Assembly (NCBI GenBank): GCA_036172245.1
Contig: JAYWIR010000002.1
Location: 5,208,001-5,272,000 of the forward strand
Length of the DNA stretch: 64,000 nt
Source of the DNA: Raillietiella orientalis
Lineage: Eukaryota
Direction of reading: 5' to 3'
Part shown: positions 61,741 to 64,000 of the stretch, piece after piece
Layout: the number at the start of each line of letters is the position of its first letter
Numbering within the stretch: the stretch's first letter is position 1
The notes under the pieces: model-generated
The model's database searches: none
Told to the model about the DNA's origin: nothing
The model's input: only the letters and a program-made list of their open reading frames with translations
Translations under genes and position numbers: made by a program

Positions 61741-62119
61741 ATCTCCTCCATCGTAGGCGAGCTGCCACCGTGACTCACGGAAGTCCTGATCATCCAGAGA
61801 GCCGGACCTGCTGTCCAGAGATCCATGGCGGTGGCGGTCGAGAAAACGCGGGGCGGGAAGCAAGGGGACTTCCACCCTTTGCCGCTTCTGCCCGCGTACA
61901 ACGCACGCGTGATCACCTCTGCTCAAGCCCTCAGGGTTGCGGGAAGTAGCAGCACAGGGAGGAATTCTAAAAGGAAGGCTTCTTCCGAGGAAAGACCGGG
62001 AAAGGAGGAGAGGGAGACGGAGATAGCAGATTCCCAAGGAGGTCTGCTTTCCTCTTCTTCGTCCGCTTCTTTTCCTCAACTCTTCTCAATTACAATTATC
62101 TTAATTTTTGACATTGAAC

Positions 62120-62235
62120 TCGTCCTTTCTTCCTCATCCTATTCTTTTTTTCTTCCTTTCCTCCTCCCTTTCTCCTCCTCTTTTCCTCCTCTATTCCTTC
62201 TCCTCTCCTCTCTTCCTCCTTTTCTCTTTTTCCAT
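62120..62235. repeat. Polypyrimidine (CT-rich) low-complexity tract
   Basis: Almost purely C/T on the + strand. A similar tract lies at ~63200-63310. Confidence 0.85.
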
Positions 62236-64000
62236 GACAGTAATACTTTAATCACCTGCCAACATTTGAGAGAAGCGTCCGGCCATCCTACCCCCTTCTG
62301 TCGAGGCGTTTCGCCCGAAGGCGGAGTCTCCTGAAAACGGGACTCTCCATCCGCGTCATCATCGCCTCATCGGCCTCCGCACCGTCGCTGCCGCAGTCGG
62401 TTCGCATCCTCGCCTATCACCCCCGTTCTGAGCACGTGATTGACGACGGGACTCAGCTGAGGTCGCACGGAAGCTCCACTCCGCAACGATCCGCGAGCAC
62501 CGTCCTCGTTGACCATCGTTTCCCGGACGCCCCCGCTGGCCGCAGCTCCATGCCCGCGCTCCCGGATTGGGGCTCGCGCCTACCGCGGCGGCACCCTCCT
62601 CACTCTTCCCCGACCTCGGGGAAGATAGCGGGAGCCTGAAGCTTCCTCTGGCGGCTGCGCTCAAGAGGAACGGCGGCCACGGGCTCGGCCACTTGCACCC
62701 GCGGACGACGTGCCAGGAAGATCCGCGGAGAGCAGGAAAGGGAGCGTCCTTGCTTTCTTTCCCCTCTCTCCCTCCTAGATTCCTACGCCCCACCCTCCCT
62801 GGAGGGACACTGAGAAGCCGCAGACGCTGCGGCGCTTTCCTCCGCGACAGTCTTGCTGTCTCCGTTGCACGTGAGGGTCGCGCTCCCGCCTTGCTCTGCC
62901 AAGACCGCGGGAAGCCTCCGTTGGCGCTGCGTGCGGCTGTTCCTCACGCAAAGGAAGAAAGCCTCCCCGGCAACGGCAGTGGGCTCCCGACTGAGACGGG
63001 CTCTCTCTGCCGATCCTGCCGGACTGTCCTGCCTGCACCCGTAGTGTTGACCCCCCATGCCTTGCAGGCTAGGTGAAGCAAGGTCTGGGGTCTGGAGGCA
63101 GCTGCAGATGGCCGAAGGGTCTCCTCGGCCTTCGCCGCTATTTCGGGAGGCTCTTCCTCCGTAGGCCACCCCGCCGCAGTCTCTTCCATCAGCTTTAAAT
63201 CCCTTCCTTCTCCCCTTCTTCCCTTCTTCCCTTTTCTCCTTCTCCCTCTAATGCTCTTAATCCTTCATCTAATTCTTTTCTTAATCCTCCCTATAATTCC
63301 CTTCCTAATCCTGTTTCCGCAGCTTTGGGTATCCCGAGTCTCCTTGTCAGGAACACGAAGAGAAAAGGTAAGGAGTAGAGGGAGGTCCTCGGTGCTCCGG
63401 ATGGACACCTAGGTGTGGCGAGGTCGTCCCGTCCAATTCCTATAGCTCCCATTGTCCCTTTTCTCCTTCCATCCGTTTCCTAGAGATCGGTGCTGTTCGT
63501 CAAATCTGCTGGTGAGTGCTGCAGAGGGTTTTGCTCCTTCCCTTCGCACTCATTCTCGGAGCTTCCTGAGCTTCCTAGGAGGGAATTCCCGTCTTGGGGG
63601 AGTGGCAGGAAGGGAGACTGCTGGAAGCAGTTCAGAGGCCTCTTGCGGCTGCTGCCCCCGGGCTGCCGGGCATTGTGCACTCCGGATGGGGGCCTCCCGG
63701 CTCCGTCGTCGTCCTCTTTCGTCTTGGATCGCTGCCTCCTCCCGAAGGTGGCGCGGACTCCTTCGGCCTTTCCCCGCGGATCTTCCGCGGTCGTCCGCGT
63801 TTCCTTCCTCCTTCCCGTCCTCCGCGTGCGCAGCAAACAGCGACACAGGGGAACATCCGCGGAGACGCTTGCCGGCAACCTCCTCGTGCTGGTCCCGGGA
63901 AACTTAGGTCGTCCCAGCAGCCCCGCAGATACGGCGAGGGCGCCCGAGGTGGTGGCTCGTCCCGGGAATCCGCCGCAGCAACGGGAGCAAGAGGACGAGG

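Noticed and set aside
62944..63189. QTLLHLAC ankyrin-like motif
   Set aside because: A single short match with no repeat context or splice support.

Overview
Eukaryotic genomic DNA, probably invertebrate or arthropod-like: spliceosomal introns, CpG-rich, many microsatellites. No prokaryotic operons, rRNA or CRISPR are visible. One intact gene is well supported: a + strand Kv channel-interacting protein (KChIP/calsenilin, neuronal calcium sensor family). It has five core coding exons (35342-35460, 36391-36460, 45797-45867, 48692-48904, 49803-49913), all with AG/GT boundaries and consistent phases; its first exon is unresolved. Only EF-hand 3 has a canonical Ca2+-binding loop. About 6 kb downstream and convergent lies a disrupted SH3(+SAM) coding remnant of the SASH1/SAMSN1/Drosophila SKIP family, with one stop codon and one frameshift. 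The rest is intronic or intergenic. It holds three structurally clear MITEs (hAT/Buster-type, TA-flanked Tc1/mariner-type, Tigger/pogo-type), three copies of a tRNA-headed SINE, a perfect 23-bp hairpin and simple repeats. It also holds heavily decayed relics, recognised only by eye, that resemble LINE RT, Merlin, hAT, piggyBac, Harbinger, Helitron and a NACHT gene. Most long ORFs in the supplied track are GC-rich artefacts. I did not find a clearly novel biological system. The best leads are the degenerate-EF-hand KChIP and its SKIP-like neighbour.
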